Below, in pieces: positions 31,272-43,785 of a stretch of 64,000 nt of DNA. Source of the stretch: a virus (lineage: Duplodnaviria; Heunggongvirae; Uroviricota; Caudoviricetes); the IMG/VR virus record IMGVR_UViG_3300028832_000101, positions 49,380-113,379 of that record. One strand, given 5' to 3'. The notes beneath the pieces were generated by a model. It was not told the origin of the DNA. It worked only from the letters and a program-made list of their open reading frames with translations, and ran no database searches. Every line of letters begins with the position of its first letter. The first letter of the stretch is position 1. The translations under genes and the position numbers were made by a program.

Positions 31272-32735
31272 ATGGATTTAATTTTTATTGGAATTGGACT
31301 TGCAGTTATTGCAATATTACTTATTATACTTATTGGAGGATATGTTAAATGTCCACCTGATATGGTTTACATTATATCTGGTTTAAGAAAGAAACCTAGA
31401 GTTATTATTGGAAAAGCGACTATTAGAATACCTTTTTTAGAAAGAGTAGATAAATTAACATTAGAGTTAATTCAAATTGATGTTAAAACTCATAATGTTC
31501 CAACATCTGATTTCATTAATGTAGATGTTGACGCAGTTGCGAATGTTAGAATTCCAAATGACCCTGAGTTAATTCAAGTTGCCGCAAGACACTTCTTAAA
31601 TCAAAAATCAGACTATATCGCAAAAAATGTAAAAGAAGTACTTGAAGGAAATATGCGTGAAATCATTGGACAAATGAACTTAGTTGCTCTTGTTAATGAT
31701 AAACAATTATTCTCACAAAAGATACAAGAAAATGCAAAAGATGATATTAAAAATATCGGTCTTGAAATTGTTAACTTAAATGTACAAAACTGTACTGATG
31801 ACAATGATGCTATTGTTAATTTAGGTATTGACAATTTAGTTAAAATACAAAAGGCGGCTAAAATTGCAAAGGCTCAAGCTGAAAAAGAAATTAAAGTTGC
31901 GGAAGCCGCTGCTGATGAAGAAGGAGCTCGTGCTCGTGCAGAAGCAGATGCTAAAATAGCAGAACAACAAAAAGATTTACAAATTAAAAAAGCTGAATAT
32001 AAAATTGAGCAAGATAAAAAACAAGCGGATGCGGATGCTGCTTATGAAATTCAAAAGGCAGTTCAACAAAGAACTATTAATGAAAATGAAGTAGCCGCAG
32101 AAGTTGCTAAAACTGAAAAAACAACTGAATTAAAAGAAAAACAAGTTTCTTTAAGAGAAAAAGAACTTGAAGCTGAAATTAAGAAACAAGCTGATGCTGA
32201 AAGATATGCTGCGGAAATCCAAGCTGAAGTAGATAAAGTTCGTGCTGTAAAGGCAGCTGAAGCAGAAGCTCAAGCTAGAATCGCTCGTGCTGATGCAGAG
32301 AAAGAAGCTAACATTAAAGAAGCTGAAGGTATCCGTGCTAAATTACAAGCAGAAGCTGATGGTAAAAAAGCAATCTTACTAGCTGAAGCAGAGGGTGTTC
32401 GTGCTAAAGCACTTGCTGAAGCTGAAGGTATTGAAAAGAAAGCAGAAGCTCAAAAGAAAATGGGTGAAGCATCTATCGTTGAAATGATTATGACTGCTTT
32501 ACCACAAGTTGCAAAAGAAGTATCTGCTCCATTAGCTAATGTAGATAATATCACTATGTATGGTGATCAATCTACTGAGTTTATTGAAAACAATACACAA
32601 AAAATAGATAAAGTATTAAAAGTTGCTCAAGATAGTTTAGGACTAGATTTAAAGAGTCTTGTAGCAGGTTTTGCCGCAAATAAAGTTATACAAACAAATA
32701 AAGAAAAGAAAAATGAAAAAGACTTAGAAAATTAA
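31272..32735 (+). CDS. SPFH/band-7 (flotillin-like) membrane protein with long Ala/Glu/Lys-rich coiled coil
   Basis: N-terminal TM, SPFH core, EA-rich repeats. Confidence 0.7.
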   Translation: MDLIFIGIGLAVIAILLIILIGGYVKCPPDMVYIISGLRKKPRVIIGKATIRIPFLERVDKLTLELIQIDVKTHNVPTSDFINVDVDAVANVRIPNDPELIQVAARHFLNQKSDYIAKNVKEVLEGNMREIIGQMNLVALVNDKQLFSQKIQENAKDDIKNIGLEIVNLNVQNCTDDNDAIVNLGIDNLVKIQKAAKIAKAQAEKEIKVAEAAADEEGARARAEADAKIAEQQKDLQIKKAEYKIEQDKKQADADAAYEIQKAVQQRTINENEVAAEVAKTEKTTELKEKQVSLREKELEAEIKKQADAERYAAEIQAEVDKVRAVKAAEAEAQARIARADAEKEANIKEAEGIRAKLQAEADGKKAILLAEAEGVRAKALAEAEGIEKKAEAQKKMGEASIVEMIMTALPQVAKEVSAPLANVDNITMYGDQSTEFIENNTQKIDKVLKVAQDSLGLDLKSLVAGFAANKVIQTNKEKKNEKDLEN

Positions 32736-32750
32736 TCTAAGTCTTTTTTG
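32719..32750 (+). terminator. intrinsic terminator gacttag...ctaagtc + TTTTTT overlapping stop of SPFH gene
   Basis: inverted repeat and T-run. Confidence 0.55.
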
Positions 32751-32776
32751 ATGAAATAAAAAATTCAGAGTATAAT
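32748..32776 (+). promoter_or_regulatory. promoter TTGATG-N17-TATAAT
   Basis: ttgatg 32748-53, tataat 32771-76. Confidence 0.45.
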
Positions 32777-32812
32777 ATAGAAAAGAAGGATTATGGGTTA
32801 GGAGGTTTAAAT

Positions 32813-33472
32813 ATGAAAATATTAGTTTTAAGTTGTGATAAAAATGATGATACTTTTGAAGCATTTCATCATTGTATGGAAAAATATTATCCAGAACATC
32901 CAGAAATAATATATGCAACTGAAACAATAATTAACCCCTATTACAAAACAATTACTAAAAAATATCCTTTAAATTTATGAACTAAAAGAATAAGAGAAAC
33001 AGTTCAAGAAATTGAAGATGATAAAATATTATTAATGATAGATGATTGTTTTATTAGAGAACCTGTTGACACTCAAAGAATTGAATATTTAAATGGAGTT
33101 TTAAAAGGAAATATAGCAATGTTTAATTTTGAAAAATCATTTGATGCAAGTGATGAAGAAACAGATATTATAGGGATAAAGAAAAGAAAACACCCTTCTA
33201 TCTATGAAGTTAGTTTATTATGTGGTTTATGACAAAAACAAGCATTAATAGACATACTTCAAGATGATAGCGATCCATGGACGGTAGAAGGAAATCAAAA
33301 AACTCACGGCTATGATTTTTATATTAATAGCGGAGATTATATTATAAACTGGGGATATGAAACATGAAGACCTGCAGGTTTATTTAAAGGTTTATGGTGT
33401 AAAGAGGTTGTTGACTTTTTTAAAAAAGAAGGAGTTGAAATAGATTATGGAAAAAGAGGATTTGCTGATTAG
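32813..33472 (+). CDS. hypothetical protein related to C-terminal half of the Stealth-like gene (three in-frame TGA)
   Basis: MIDDCFIREPV echoes CNDDCYFINPV of 27395-28345; three standard-code fragments in one frame. Confidence 0.45.
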
Positions 33473-34043
33473 TATAATAACTCCTTATTATAATACTTTA
33501 AAACAAACAAAATCTTTGGCTAAAGTATTAGAACCACAATTAACAGAAGATATAGAATGAATTATAATAGATGATGGATGTCATGAAACTGAATTAGATA
33601 CTATAAAAGCAACAGTTATTCATTTAGAGAATAATAGTGGCGGAGGAAGCGTTCCAAGAAATGTAGGCCTAGATACCGCAAAAGGTAAATATATTTTATT
33701 TATAGATAGTGATGATATGATAAAAAGAGATTATATTGAAACAATAGTTAAGAAAATAAAAACTGAAGATTTTGACTATTGTTATTTTGGTTGAGAATCT
33801 CATGCTTTTCATATAATCATAACAGACCAACCGCCTGCATGAAATTGTAGTATTTGAAATTGTATATATAAGAGAGAATTAATAGGTGATATTAGATTTA
33901 ATCCCGATTTAAGAATTGGAGAAGACCATGAATTTAATAATAAAGTAAGACATGGTAAGTGCGCACATATCCCTAAAATTCTATATTATTATAGTGATAC
34001 TCCTAATTCTTTAATAAAGCGAGGTAGTAAAGATGTTTTATAA
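33447..34043 (+). CDS. family 2 glycosyltransferase (four in-frame TGA)
   Basis: LISIITPYYN...IIIDDGC...FIDSDD GT-A fold motifs. Confidence 0.7.
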
Positions 34044-35148
34044 TAATATTTATTATTTTTATTATCTTTCAGATATAGGTGGAACTGAAACCTTTTTATA
34101 TGAATTATCAAAAAAATATTGTAATTATGATTTAACCATTATATATAGATATGCAGACCCTAGACAATTGGAAAGATTAAGAAAATATGTAAGATGTGTA
34201 GAATTTGTAGATGGTATGGTTATTAGATGTAAAAATGCTTTCTTTAATTATGGAATAGATATTATTGATAATGTAGAAGCAACAGATTTTTATACTTTCG
34301 TTATCCATGCTGACTATGAAGATATGAAAAATAGAGGACAATTATCAAGTAAGATACCTGACCATCCTAAATTGAATAGATGGATCGCGGTAAGTAAGCG
34401 TGCAGCTCAAGGCTTCCATGCAGTAACAGGAAAAAAAGTAGAAGTATGTTATAATCCTTATGAAATTAGAAAGCCTAATAAAGTTTTAAATTTAATTTCC
34501 GCAACTAGATTATCAAAAGAAAAAGGTAAAGATAGAATGATTCAATTTGCAAAACTATTAGATAAAGCTGGTATTAAATATATATGAACCATCTTTACGA
34601 ATGATAAGAATGAAATTAAAGATAATCCAAATATTATATATATGAAACCTAGATTAGATATTTTAGATTATATTGCTAATGCAGATTTTCTAGTTCAGCT
34701 ATCTGATAATGAAGGTTTTTGTTATAGTGTAGTTGAATCATTATGCGCGGGAGTCCCTGTTATAGTTACTCCATGCCCTGTATTTGATGAAATAGGTTTA
34801 ATTGATGGAGAAAATTGTTGGAAAGTTCCTTTTGATGTTACAGGATTTGATCCACGTAAATTGATAGATAAACCATTAAAATTTAAATACACTCCACCTG
34901 CAGATTCTTGGGATAAATATTTAAATAATGCACCTAGCACATGGCAAGAAGAATTACATACTAAATATAAAGTAATGGCTACTAGTGCTTATAAAGATAA
35001 TCATATTTCAGATAGCCAGTTACGTAAAACTCCAGAGCCTGGAGACACATGGTGGGTTACTCCAGAAAGATTAAGAATCTTGCTAGGAGAAAATTCTAAA
35101 AGAATAAAATTTGTAAAAGTAGTTGAGAAAGTCGTTTCAGAAGAATAA
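34033..35148 (+). CDS. GT-B fold glycosyltransferase (GT4/GT1-like), one in-frame TGA joins track ORFs 34033-34587 and 34642-35148
   Basis: SDNEGFCYSVVESLCAGVPVI motif. Confidence 0.7.
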
Positions 35149-35220
35149 TCAACTACTTTTTTCTTTTGCGCGTCTTGAAAATTTTTGTTATAATGTAAGT
35201 AAGAGAAGGAGATGACTCAA

Positions 35221-35718
35221 ATGATATTACTATCTTTAGATTTATCAACAAAGAGCTCTGGATGAGCAATCTTTGAAGATGGTTTTTTAAAAGATTCAGG
35301 ATGTATAGCATCTTCATCTACTGATTTACTAAAAAGAATTAATATAATGATAGATGGGATTAAAACAATAGTAGAAAAATATAATCCTAATAAAGTAATT
35401 GCAGAAGAAGTTAGACCTGAAAATGGTATGCAAAATTTAAAAACACATAGAGCGTTAATGTGGTTACAAGGCGGAATTGCTTTAATGCTATATGATTATA
35501 ATAAAAAATTAGAAATGGAATTAATATATCCTAGTTCATGGCGTGCGGCAATTGGTATTAAAACTGGTCGCGGCATTAAAAGAACTACTTTAAAAGAAAA
35601 AGATATTCAATTTGTAAAAGAAAATTATAATTTAGATGTTAATGATGATGAGGCGGATGCTATTTGTATTGGTTATTCACAATGTCATGATATAGAAACA
35701 GAAATAAATTGGGACTAA
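35221..35718 (+). CDS. RuvC-like Holliday junction resolvase (one in-frame TGA)
   Basis: LSLDLSTKSSGWAIF and DEADAICIGY catalytic motifs. Confidence 0.6.
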
Positions 35719-35742
35719 AATTAAAAATTTTTAAAAGATATG

Positions 35743-35772
35743 AACACTTTATCATAAAAAGTGTTTTTTTAA
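35743..35772 (+). terminator. intrinsic terminator aacacttt-loop-aaagtgtt + T-run
   Basis: 8 bp stem, tttttt follows. Confidence 0.5.
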
Positions 35773-35801
35773 TTTTCCTGCCAAATTTTAAGCAAATAAA
35801 A

Positions 35802-35838
35802 AAAGCACACTATTAAAAGTGTGCTTTATTTTTTTTTA
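35802..35838. terminator. bidirectional intrinsic terminator agcacact-attaaa-agtgtgct flanked by A-run and 12 nt T-run, at the convergence point of the two modules
   Basis: perfect inverted repeat; stop of minus-strand gene 35836-38 abuts it. Confidence 0.65.
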
Positions 35839-38682
35839 TAATTTTGTTTCTACTTGCGTTGCCGCAATAGTCATATTTCCACTAATTGAAAGTGGAATTG
35901 AGAATGTAGACATCATAAAGTCTCCATGAATATCATCTTGTTCAGATGTAACTGATATTCTTGTATTTGGTTCTAAATGATAAATAGGAATAGTAGTTAT
36001 ATTAATATTACTATTATAATTTGTATGTGCCCATAATAAATTTTTAATTTCATTAAAACAACTATTATGAAGTCCACCTATTACTATCATTTCATATATA
36101 GTAGGTTCTACAATACAATAATCTTGATTACGTTCTTCACACCATTGTGCTTGTTCTTCTGCTGTTTCATCATTTTTTATAATAACAATATCTGGAACTT
36201 CAGATTCAAAAACGCAATTATAATCATCACTATTTTTAGTAATACTTCTTCTTCCTATATTTTTTACACTAAATTGATCGATTACTGTATCGCTATCAAT
36301 AAAATCTAATCAATAATTAACATCCCAAGGATTATCTTTAACTTCTTTATAAAAATCTCCTACAAAAATTAAATCTCCACTTACATCATCAATATAATAG
36401 TCTGCCATTAAATTATATAATTTAGGTCATTCTGCAGCTAACTCTGCATAATAATAATTACTTTCTAAACCCAAAGCTTCTGCAGCGACCCCTTCAAGGT
36501 ATAACTCAGAGCGCCAATCAGTCGCTTGAACTTTAACTACAGGAGTATTAGTATAAGGAAGATATTCATATTGTTGAGCTAATAAATCATTTTTATCTTC
36601 TTCATATGTAATAGTTAAATTATCTATCTCTTCTTGAATAATATTTATTTCATTTTGAATTACAGCGATTTCAGCCCCATCTTGTTCAATTTCTGCATCA
36701 ATTGGAGCTAATTCTTCTTCTACCGGAATTAATTCTTCTTCTAAAAGTTCAATATCTTCTTCAAGTTCATTAACCCTTTCTTCTAGTAAATCTATATCTT
36801 CTTGATAATTATTGGCCCTTTGTTGAGCTGCATTCTTAATAAGTGTTGCATCTTCAATTTCTTGTTCTAATTCTGCTTTTCTTACTGGATCAGTTTCAAC
36901 TTCCCATTCTGCAGTTAATGTTGCTATTAGTTCCTCTTGAGTTGTTACAATTTCTAATTGTTCATTTTTTAATCCAGTAACTCTTGTAATTTCATTATTA
37001 ATAATAACTTTAGTTTCTTCTAAATCATTTATTTGTTTTTCAAGTAATTGTTTTTTATTTCTTAACAATATACTTCCTGATATTAATCCATTAATATCAC
37101 TTTGGATTGTATTGATTGTATTTTGTTTAGTTTGAATTTGTGTATTATAAGGCCTAATATTATCTTCATAATCAGCTTGTAAAGCAATTAATTCAGCCTG
37201 GATATGTCTATAATGCGTTGAATTTGTATCCAATCCTCAAATTCATTGAGTTCCATTACTTGTACTTCAATATACATAATTGAATTCACCGATTGAAGGG
37301 AAATCGCTTACAGAATTATATTGAAGATAAGGTCCGTTATCAAGAGATACATAAGCATTTAACTCACTATCTCATTTATATATAATTCCAGTATTTTCAT
37401 CTAGATAGAATATTCCATCTACTCCAGTTGAAGGAAAATGTGCAAAATTCATATATTTAATAGGACATTTTGCTTTTGTTAATCCATCTGCGGGGTCTTG
37501 ATAAAAAAATACTTCATATATATTTCCTGTTTGAGGTTTATTATCAATAGCTAAATGATAACGAATAGGCACTTTATAACCATCTGCATTTTCTTTTATT
37601 CCTCATACGACAAAATCATTTTTAATTCTATTGTATTGAGGACTATGTGAAAAACTAATAACTAATTGACTATCATCAAAACTATACATTGCTTTTCCTT
37701 TTGAGATATCAATTACATAATCATTATTTGTAATATTTTTTATATCTACTGTTGCTTGAGTAGTATTTAAATAATTTTTAATTTCTTGGAAAATAAAATT
37801 TCCATCTTTATCATAATAATATTCATAATTACCTAATGTATTTTTTATTTTGTCAAGAATAGTACAAACATTATCTCCCGCATTCGCATTTAGTTCTCCT
37901 GGATAAGTAAAATCAGTATAAATAAAACCAACATCTTGTCCATAAGCAAATTCTTGAACTATTCCAAATTCTAATGCTTCTGCTTTTGAAGTTGTAAATT
38001 TATGTTCTGTCCCATTTGTAGCTAAATAAAGTGGATTTGATCCAGTCCACTTCATTACTTGTTTTACTTTTTCATCTATATCATTTATAATAATTTTTCC
38101 TAATTGTTCATTTCCAAAATGATTAACCAATTCTCTAATAATCATTGATATTGTTGGTCTTGAAGTATATATTTCTCCTGTTGCAGTATTTACTGTATCA
38201 TATTTATCTAATGTTACTGCGGAAGTAATTACTCCTCCGCATTCTCCATTTAATAAACACATTTTGTCTTTAAATTGTGCAGATAATGTAGTTCCTTGGC
38301 CTAAAGAACTACTGATACTACAAGAGGTAATTACATATGTTCCTTGCGGATACCATAAAATAGGATAATCTGTATATTTATCTGTTGTATTTTCAATTCC
38401 AATTTCTATAAAAACTTTTTTATTTATAGAGATTAAATTATTCGCATCAGTTATTTTTCCTGTTGATACGTCCTTTACATTCATTGTTAAATTACAAGTT
38501 CTACGAACGGAAGAATTCCCATTAACTGAGATACTTCCGCTTGTAGCAATACCTTGAATTTCTTGTAAAGGTTTTTCATTTCAATCTAACAAAATAATTT
38601 TAATATATTGTTTTTGTAAATGTTGTAAATCAACTTCATATAGGAAATTGTCATCTTTTAAATAAGGATATATCTTTTTCAT
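35836..38682 (-). CDS. large tail-associated structural protein (about 948 aa) with central coiled coil; possibly tail tip/lysin-like; about 10 in-frame TGA
   Basis: track ORFs 35836-36090, 36427-37233, 37372-37572, 37603-38484 share one frame and are bridged only by TGA codons (codon-by-codon checked); ATG 38680-82 with RBS gaaggagaataat. Confidence 0.55.
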
Positions 38683-38683
38683 A

Positions 38684-41053
38684 TTATTCTCCTTCAACAG
38701 GATCTATTAAAGGTGTATTATTTTCACTAACTGAAATTTTATTAAATACTCTATTTTGATTATCCCATAAATATAAATCTTCATTATCTGCATAAATTTC
38801 TCTGTTACTATGTGACTGAGCAATAAGCTCATTAGGTCTATCATTCCATAAAGGAACTGAAATAAGATTATAATTTGAGCGTTCAGAATTTCATAAATAA
38901 CATTGATTTTCAAAGATATATAATACATGGTCTTTTCCTTCAGCAGGGAATTCTTCAATACTATCAATAAACACAACTCTTTGAATTGCGGAAATAGTAG
39001 GTTCACTGCTTCCACCACCTGAAATAGCAGGACCTTTATTAGTGGTGCTTATAATATTATATTTTCCATAATTTTCTCAATTGCACTCATCAACTTCATA
39101 TGCAGTAGATTGAAAATTTCATAATCTACGTCCTAAAGTTTGATTAGGTTGGAATGAGATATTCATTAATCTAACTAAGAAATTTCCTTCAGATGGACTA
39201 CGGAATAATTTTACCCCATCATCATATAAGAAATTTGAAACCTTTTCTCTAAAGAATCTTTCTCAAATAAAATCATTATAATATTTAATATCTTTCTTTT
39301 CATTATATTCTTCATAAATATTTAAATTATCTTGATAAACTTCTTTTTTTGTAATAAATAAGCCATCTTCATCCATTGCAGAAGCAATTAAACCATTTAA
39401 AGGAAATTGAACATAATCTACAAAACCATTTCTTTTAATAAAAGGATATTTACTTCCTATTGTATCTACTTTTGATTCTTGTATTGTTCTTTGGAATGAA
39501 GTAATTGAAGGATTAAATTTAATTTTTAATTGTTTATCTCCACTTGTTAAGAATATATCTTCAAAATAACAACAAATAGGTTCTTGGAAAAAGTACATCT
39601 CTGTTCGATTACCTTCTGGAGTAATTCCTTGAACTCCATATAAATAAAATATTCCATTTTCAACAGTATAATCAAACCAAGTAAAATCTATATTTCTAGC
39701 TTCTTTATATGAAGCAGTATATATATCATCTCATATATTATAATTGTCTTTACTACTAGCTCTTCTTATTACAATCTTTCCTGTATATGGATTTGTTAAA
39801 GTTTTAGATCTAGTTATACGCATACCAATTCTACCATTTTCTTCATCCATATAAGGTTTAACTCTTAATCCTAAATCAGTTTGAATTGCAGGTAAAACTG
39901 AAATATAATATGTTTTAGTATCAGTAAATAAATTACTAGTAACGTAAGTAAAAGTAAAACGATATGTATGTTCAGCTTTAAACCAATATTTAATAGTATA
40001 ATTAAAATTATTTATATCAGTAAAATCATTTGAATAAATATCTCCGCTATCTAATAGTAAAGTATCTTCACTATTATATACTTTAATACGATAAAATTTC
40101 AATGTTTCAGTTTCATTAGGATTTGCAAAACTTATTTTACCGATAACTTGAGTATTTATAATACTATCATAAATATCAATAATACCGCCTTCATCATAAT
40201 CTTTCATTTCAACAGTAGGTTCTGAAATACCTCTAATTAAACATACAGTAGACCATTCACTAAAATTATCTAAATTTATAGATAACCATTCATTTATGGA
40301 TTGTACTGCATCCTCATCAGATAAATTAATACCTGGGTCAGTAGCATTAACAGAAGTAAATCTAATTTGAACTTTATAATAAGTATCAATATCAAAATTA
40401 TTTCCATTTAAATCTTCAGGTTTAATTTCAATATAATATTTATCATTAGTTTCTCTTTCTTCATCTATTTGAATTTGTTTTAACATTATTCCAGATGGAT
40501 ATTTTATAGAATGTAAAACATTTTTATTTGTATTTTGATTTCTTACAGTTATTTGTGCGTTTTGTATTTCTTCTAAATCATTATACATTGATAATGAAAA
40601 ATAAACTCTACATATATATTTATCATCAGTAGTTGTTACTGTCTGAAAAGTTGCTCTTTTAGAAATTTCAGTTGGCTCTGGTTTTGTGGCAAAGAAAATT
40701 GCTTCAGTTAATGTTTCAGTAGAAGAGCCTTCTAATAAAGCATCTAATAAATTTTTATATTGAATATGAAGTAATCTTTCTTCTTCTATACGTTCAGGAT
40801 CTGCAGGATCTGGATAACGTTCTGCAATTTCTGCTAAAGCAGCTTCATATTCATCTCATAATTCTTCTACTCCAGAGATATCCGAATTTGTAATAAATTG
40901 GTCAACAGCAGCTTCATATCTAATTACATCTGAATAAGAAGTAACTATATATGTTTTTGTAACTGTATGAATTCCACTTGAATTATCTCCAACTAAAAAA
41001 GCTGGCATATATGTATCCACAATAGGTGGATATAAATTATTTGTTACTGCCAT
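38684..41053 (-). CDS. large structural (baseplate/tail) protein, about 789 aa, many in-frame TGA
   Basis: track ORFs 39263-39598, 39731-40588, 40856-41053 in one frame; gaps checked free of TAA/TAG; ATG 41051-53 with RBS aaaaggagag; stop TAA 38684-86 one nt before next ATG. Confidence 0.55.
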
Positions 41054-41079
41054 ATCTATCTCTCCTTTTATCTCAATCT

Positions 41080-41144
41080 TTTTTATCTTACTAAATAATA
41101 TTAAAAAACTAGTAAATAAATTATTTATATTAGGCCAAAATAAA
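41080..41144 (-). promoter_or_regulatory. conserved bipartite late-promoter-like motif, copy 1
   Basis: box B ATATTATTTAGTAAGATAAAAAA and box A TTTATTT(T)GGCCTAATAT with fixed spacing. Confidence 0.5.
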
Positions 41145-41145
41145 A

Positions 41146-41166
41146 AAGGAGCTATATAGCTCCTTC
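41146..41166 (-). terminator. intrinsic terminator aaggagctatatagctcctt + T-run on minus strand
   Basis: palindrome; contains stop codon of upstream gene. Confidence 0.6.
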
Positions 41167-42819
41167 TGGTTCATTTTTATTTACATGCCAAGCATTATCT
41201 TTTTTATAATATATTTTTTTTGCTTTAACTCATTGTCCATCTATTTTATACCAAGTTTTACCTTTTACTCATTGGCCATCTATTTTTATATATGCGGCCG
41301 CCTGATCTGCAGGTGTATTAACAATAATATTAGATGAAATAATTTCAGTATCTTCTCCTGAAGTTCCTTCATGTAATGCTTTTACTTTAACTTTTAAAGT
41401 ATATTCAGTTTCTTCAGTAAGTCCATCAAAATCATAAGAATTGCTTGTTTGATATGTTGTTCATGTTTCTCCTGCGTCTAAACTAAAACTATAATTTAAA
41501 GTTCTAGAAGGAGTAATAACAGCATCAATAGTAGTAGTAAAACTAAAAGGCAATAAATTAGAAATTTCAACTGAATTAATAATAGGAACTGGTAAAGTAG
41601 TTGAAAAAGTTACTGGACTATTTACTGTAGTAGTTGTACCTCCAGGATTAGTTACACTTAAGTAAATATTATAATTTGAATCAGCATCTAATCCTGTAAT
41701 TGTTCCTATTGTAGAAGTTCCTAAATTTAAACTAGAATAATTAGTTTCATTTGTTTTTTTATAGTATAGAGTATAGTTATTTATATTTAAACCATCTGCG
41801 GCAACCGCAACAGTAATACTATTATTAGTACTAGATTGATAAGTTATAGATAAATTACTTGGTTCAATTGTACTAAAACTTAAAATAACTGTTTTACCAT
41901 ATTCTATTGTTCCTGAGGTTGCTGCAGAACCGCTTGCAATTCCATTATATCTATATCCGGGTTTTGCGGTAATTTCTTCTACAGAGTATGATAAATTATA
42001 TGGTTGAGAAGTACAACAATCATTTGAATTACGAGTAATTCAAGAATTATTAACCTTAACACTAGCAGTCCCATAATCTCCTAAATTTCCACTTACTACG
42101 CCGCCATCCAATTGACCATTTAAATCTAAAGTATAATTTTTATATCTTGTTCAAACTTTTGTAACTCCGCCATCAAAATATTTTCTATATCTTCCGCTGC
42201 CAATATCAGTAGCATTTTCAACTCGATCAAATTCTAGATTATCACGTTTAATATCTATATTATAAATCTCGAAATATGATGTTTCATAATATGTAAATGT
42301 TCCAGGTTGATCTCATAAGTTATCATATGAGGCATCAATTTCAGATACATATACTGACATTGTTCCTACATCTTGCGTTTCTCTATCATCAGGAGTAACG
42401 ATATTAATATTATTTCAATTTCTTCTACGAGAATCAAAAACAACTCCACAACGATAGTTATTAATATTTGACACTCCTGAACCTTCAACAGTTAAAATAT
42501 AAGTAGCTCCATTTACAATACCTGAAATTTGTCAATTACTAAGTCCTGTTCAGTCTCCTTCTGAGTAATTTTTCCCCCAGTAAACGGATTTATTTCCATA
42601 AGTTAATGAATATGAAAAATCTTGAACGACAGTATCTCCGTCATACCTTCTTAAATGAACAGTTCCACCTGTACTTTGAGTATCTTGGTTTCCCCCACTT
42701 TTATAACCACTAATTTTTTCAATAGTAATAGAACCATTATAATTATTATTATATTGAACTCTAGTATATCCAGTATAACTTCCTAAACTCCCAGAGCCCA
42801 AATATTGTAAATTTGCCAT
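41152..42819 (-). CDS. receptor-binding/tail fibre-like protein, about 555 aa, FN3/Ig-like middle and C-terminal cell-wall-binding-like repeats
   Basis: ATG 42817-19 with RBS taggaggtg; C-terminus ...AAAYIKIDGQWVKGKTWYKIDGQWVKAKKIYYKKDNAWHV; middle not fully verified. Confidence 0.5.
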
Positions 42820-42832
42820 AAATTAGCACCTC

Positions 42833-43783
42833 CTAAATTGATGGAGGTAAATCTTCTATTAAGATATATATATCCCCATTCTTTCCTAAGCTTCCTGAAG
42901 GAGTTGTTGAGCCATAATATGCTTTTGTTGTTTCTGAAAGTATTTTATCAGATGTTCATATACTATTAATATTTGCAGTATTATCAACAGGATATCCACT
43001 AACAGCTTGAGAATTTAATACTACACCAGCTCCACCTGCATCAACATAATCTGCTTTATTCATATCTCCAGTCCCATCTTCAATAGAAGCTGTAGTTGTT
43101 CCTTCTAAGTCTGTAAGAGTAATGGTTGCTGTTCTTCCGCTTTTTGAAACTGACGCGGATGGACAATATCCTCTATCCCCAGTATCACCTTTTGGCCCTT
43201 TTATATTTACTGCAGTTGGATTTACTAATCCTTTATCATTAGTCCAATGAATTACTCCTTCATTGTCTATATAAGGAATAAAAGTTGCTCCATTATCTCC
43301 CATATATGTTGGAATATATTGATATTCAGTATTTCCATTTGTAAAAGTATAAGTTATCTTAGTCCATAAAAATTTTCCTGGATCAACAGTAATAAAAGTA
43401 TTACTTCAAGTACCAGTAGGTATGGTTGTACTATTATTACCTTGTTGATATTGCATAGTAATTGAATTAACAAAATCTCCATCTTTAGCTTTATAAACAT
43501 TAAGATATGTTATGTATTCAGAACCATCTGAATATGTATAAGTAATTTTTTGCCATAAATATTGTCCTTGTTCAACTTCTACAATAGTATCAGACCAATC
43601 TCCAACAGGGATTTGTGTTGGACTTGTTCCTGCCAAATATTGAATTTTAGTAGAAACAATTCCCCTTCCATCATCTCCCTTTACACATATATCAAAATCT
43701 AAATCATTATCTTTATTATAAATTTCTATATCAAAAGCAGTATCTACTTCAAGAGGTTCATACATTACAGTATCAGTTGCCAT
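42833..43783 (-). CDS. tail fibre-like protein with short collagen-like GPKGDTGDRG segment, about 316 aa
   Basis: track ORFs 42956-43303 and 43406-43783 same frame joined through TGA; stop TAG 42833-35 checked. Confidence 0.5.
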
Positions 43784-43785
43784 AA

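Noticed and set aside
36067-36309. Plus-strand ORFs inside the minus-strand late module (36067-36309, 48407-48592, 49447-49638, 50694-50999, 51367-51570, 53836-54123, 55672-55860, 55857-56105, 58684-58944, 59257-59595, 59686-59868, 62088-62291) and minus-strand ORFs inside plus-strand genes (for example 3856-4230, 13161-13646, 21119-21364)
   Set aside because: They are antisense to long, well-supported genes and have low-complexity Ile/Leu/Phe/Tyr-rich or Pro/Val-rich translations typical of off-frame AT-rich sequence. They have no RBS.
38707-39018. Minus-strand ORF MVEAVNLLFPQF... between two large late genes
   Set aside because: Codon-by-codon reading shows the adjacent frame is continuous (TGA only) from 41053 to 38684. 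This ORF is an out-of-frame artefact within that gene.
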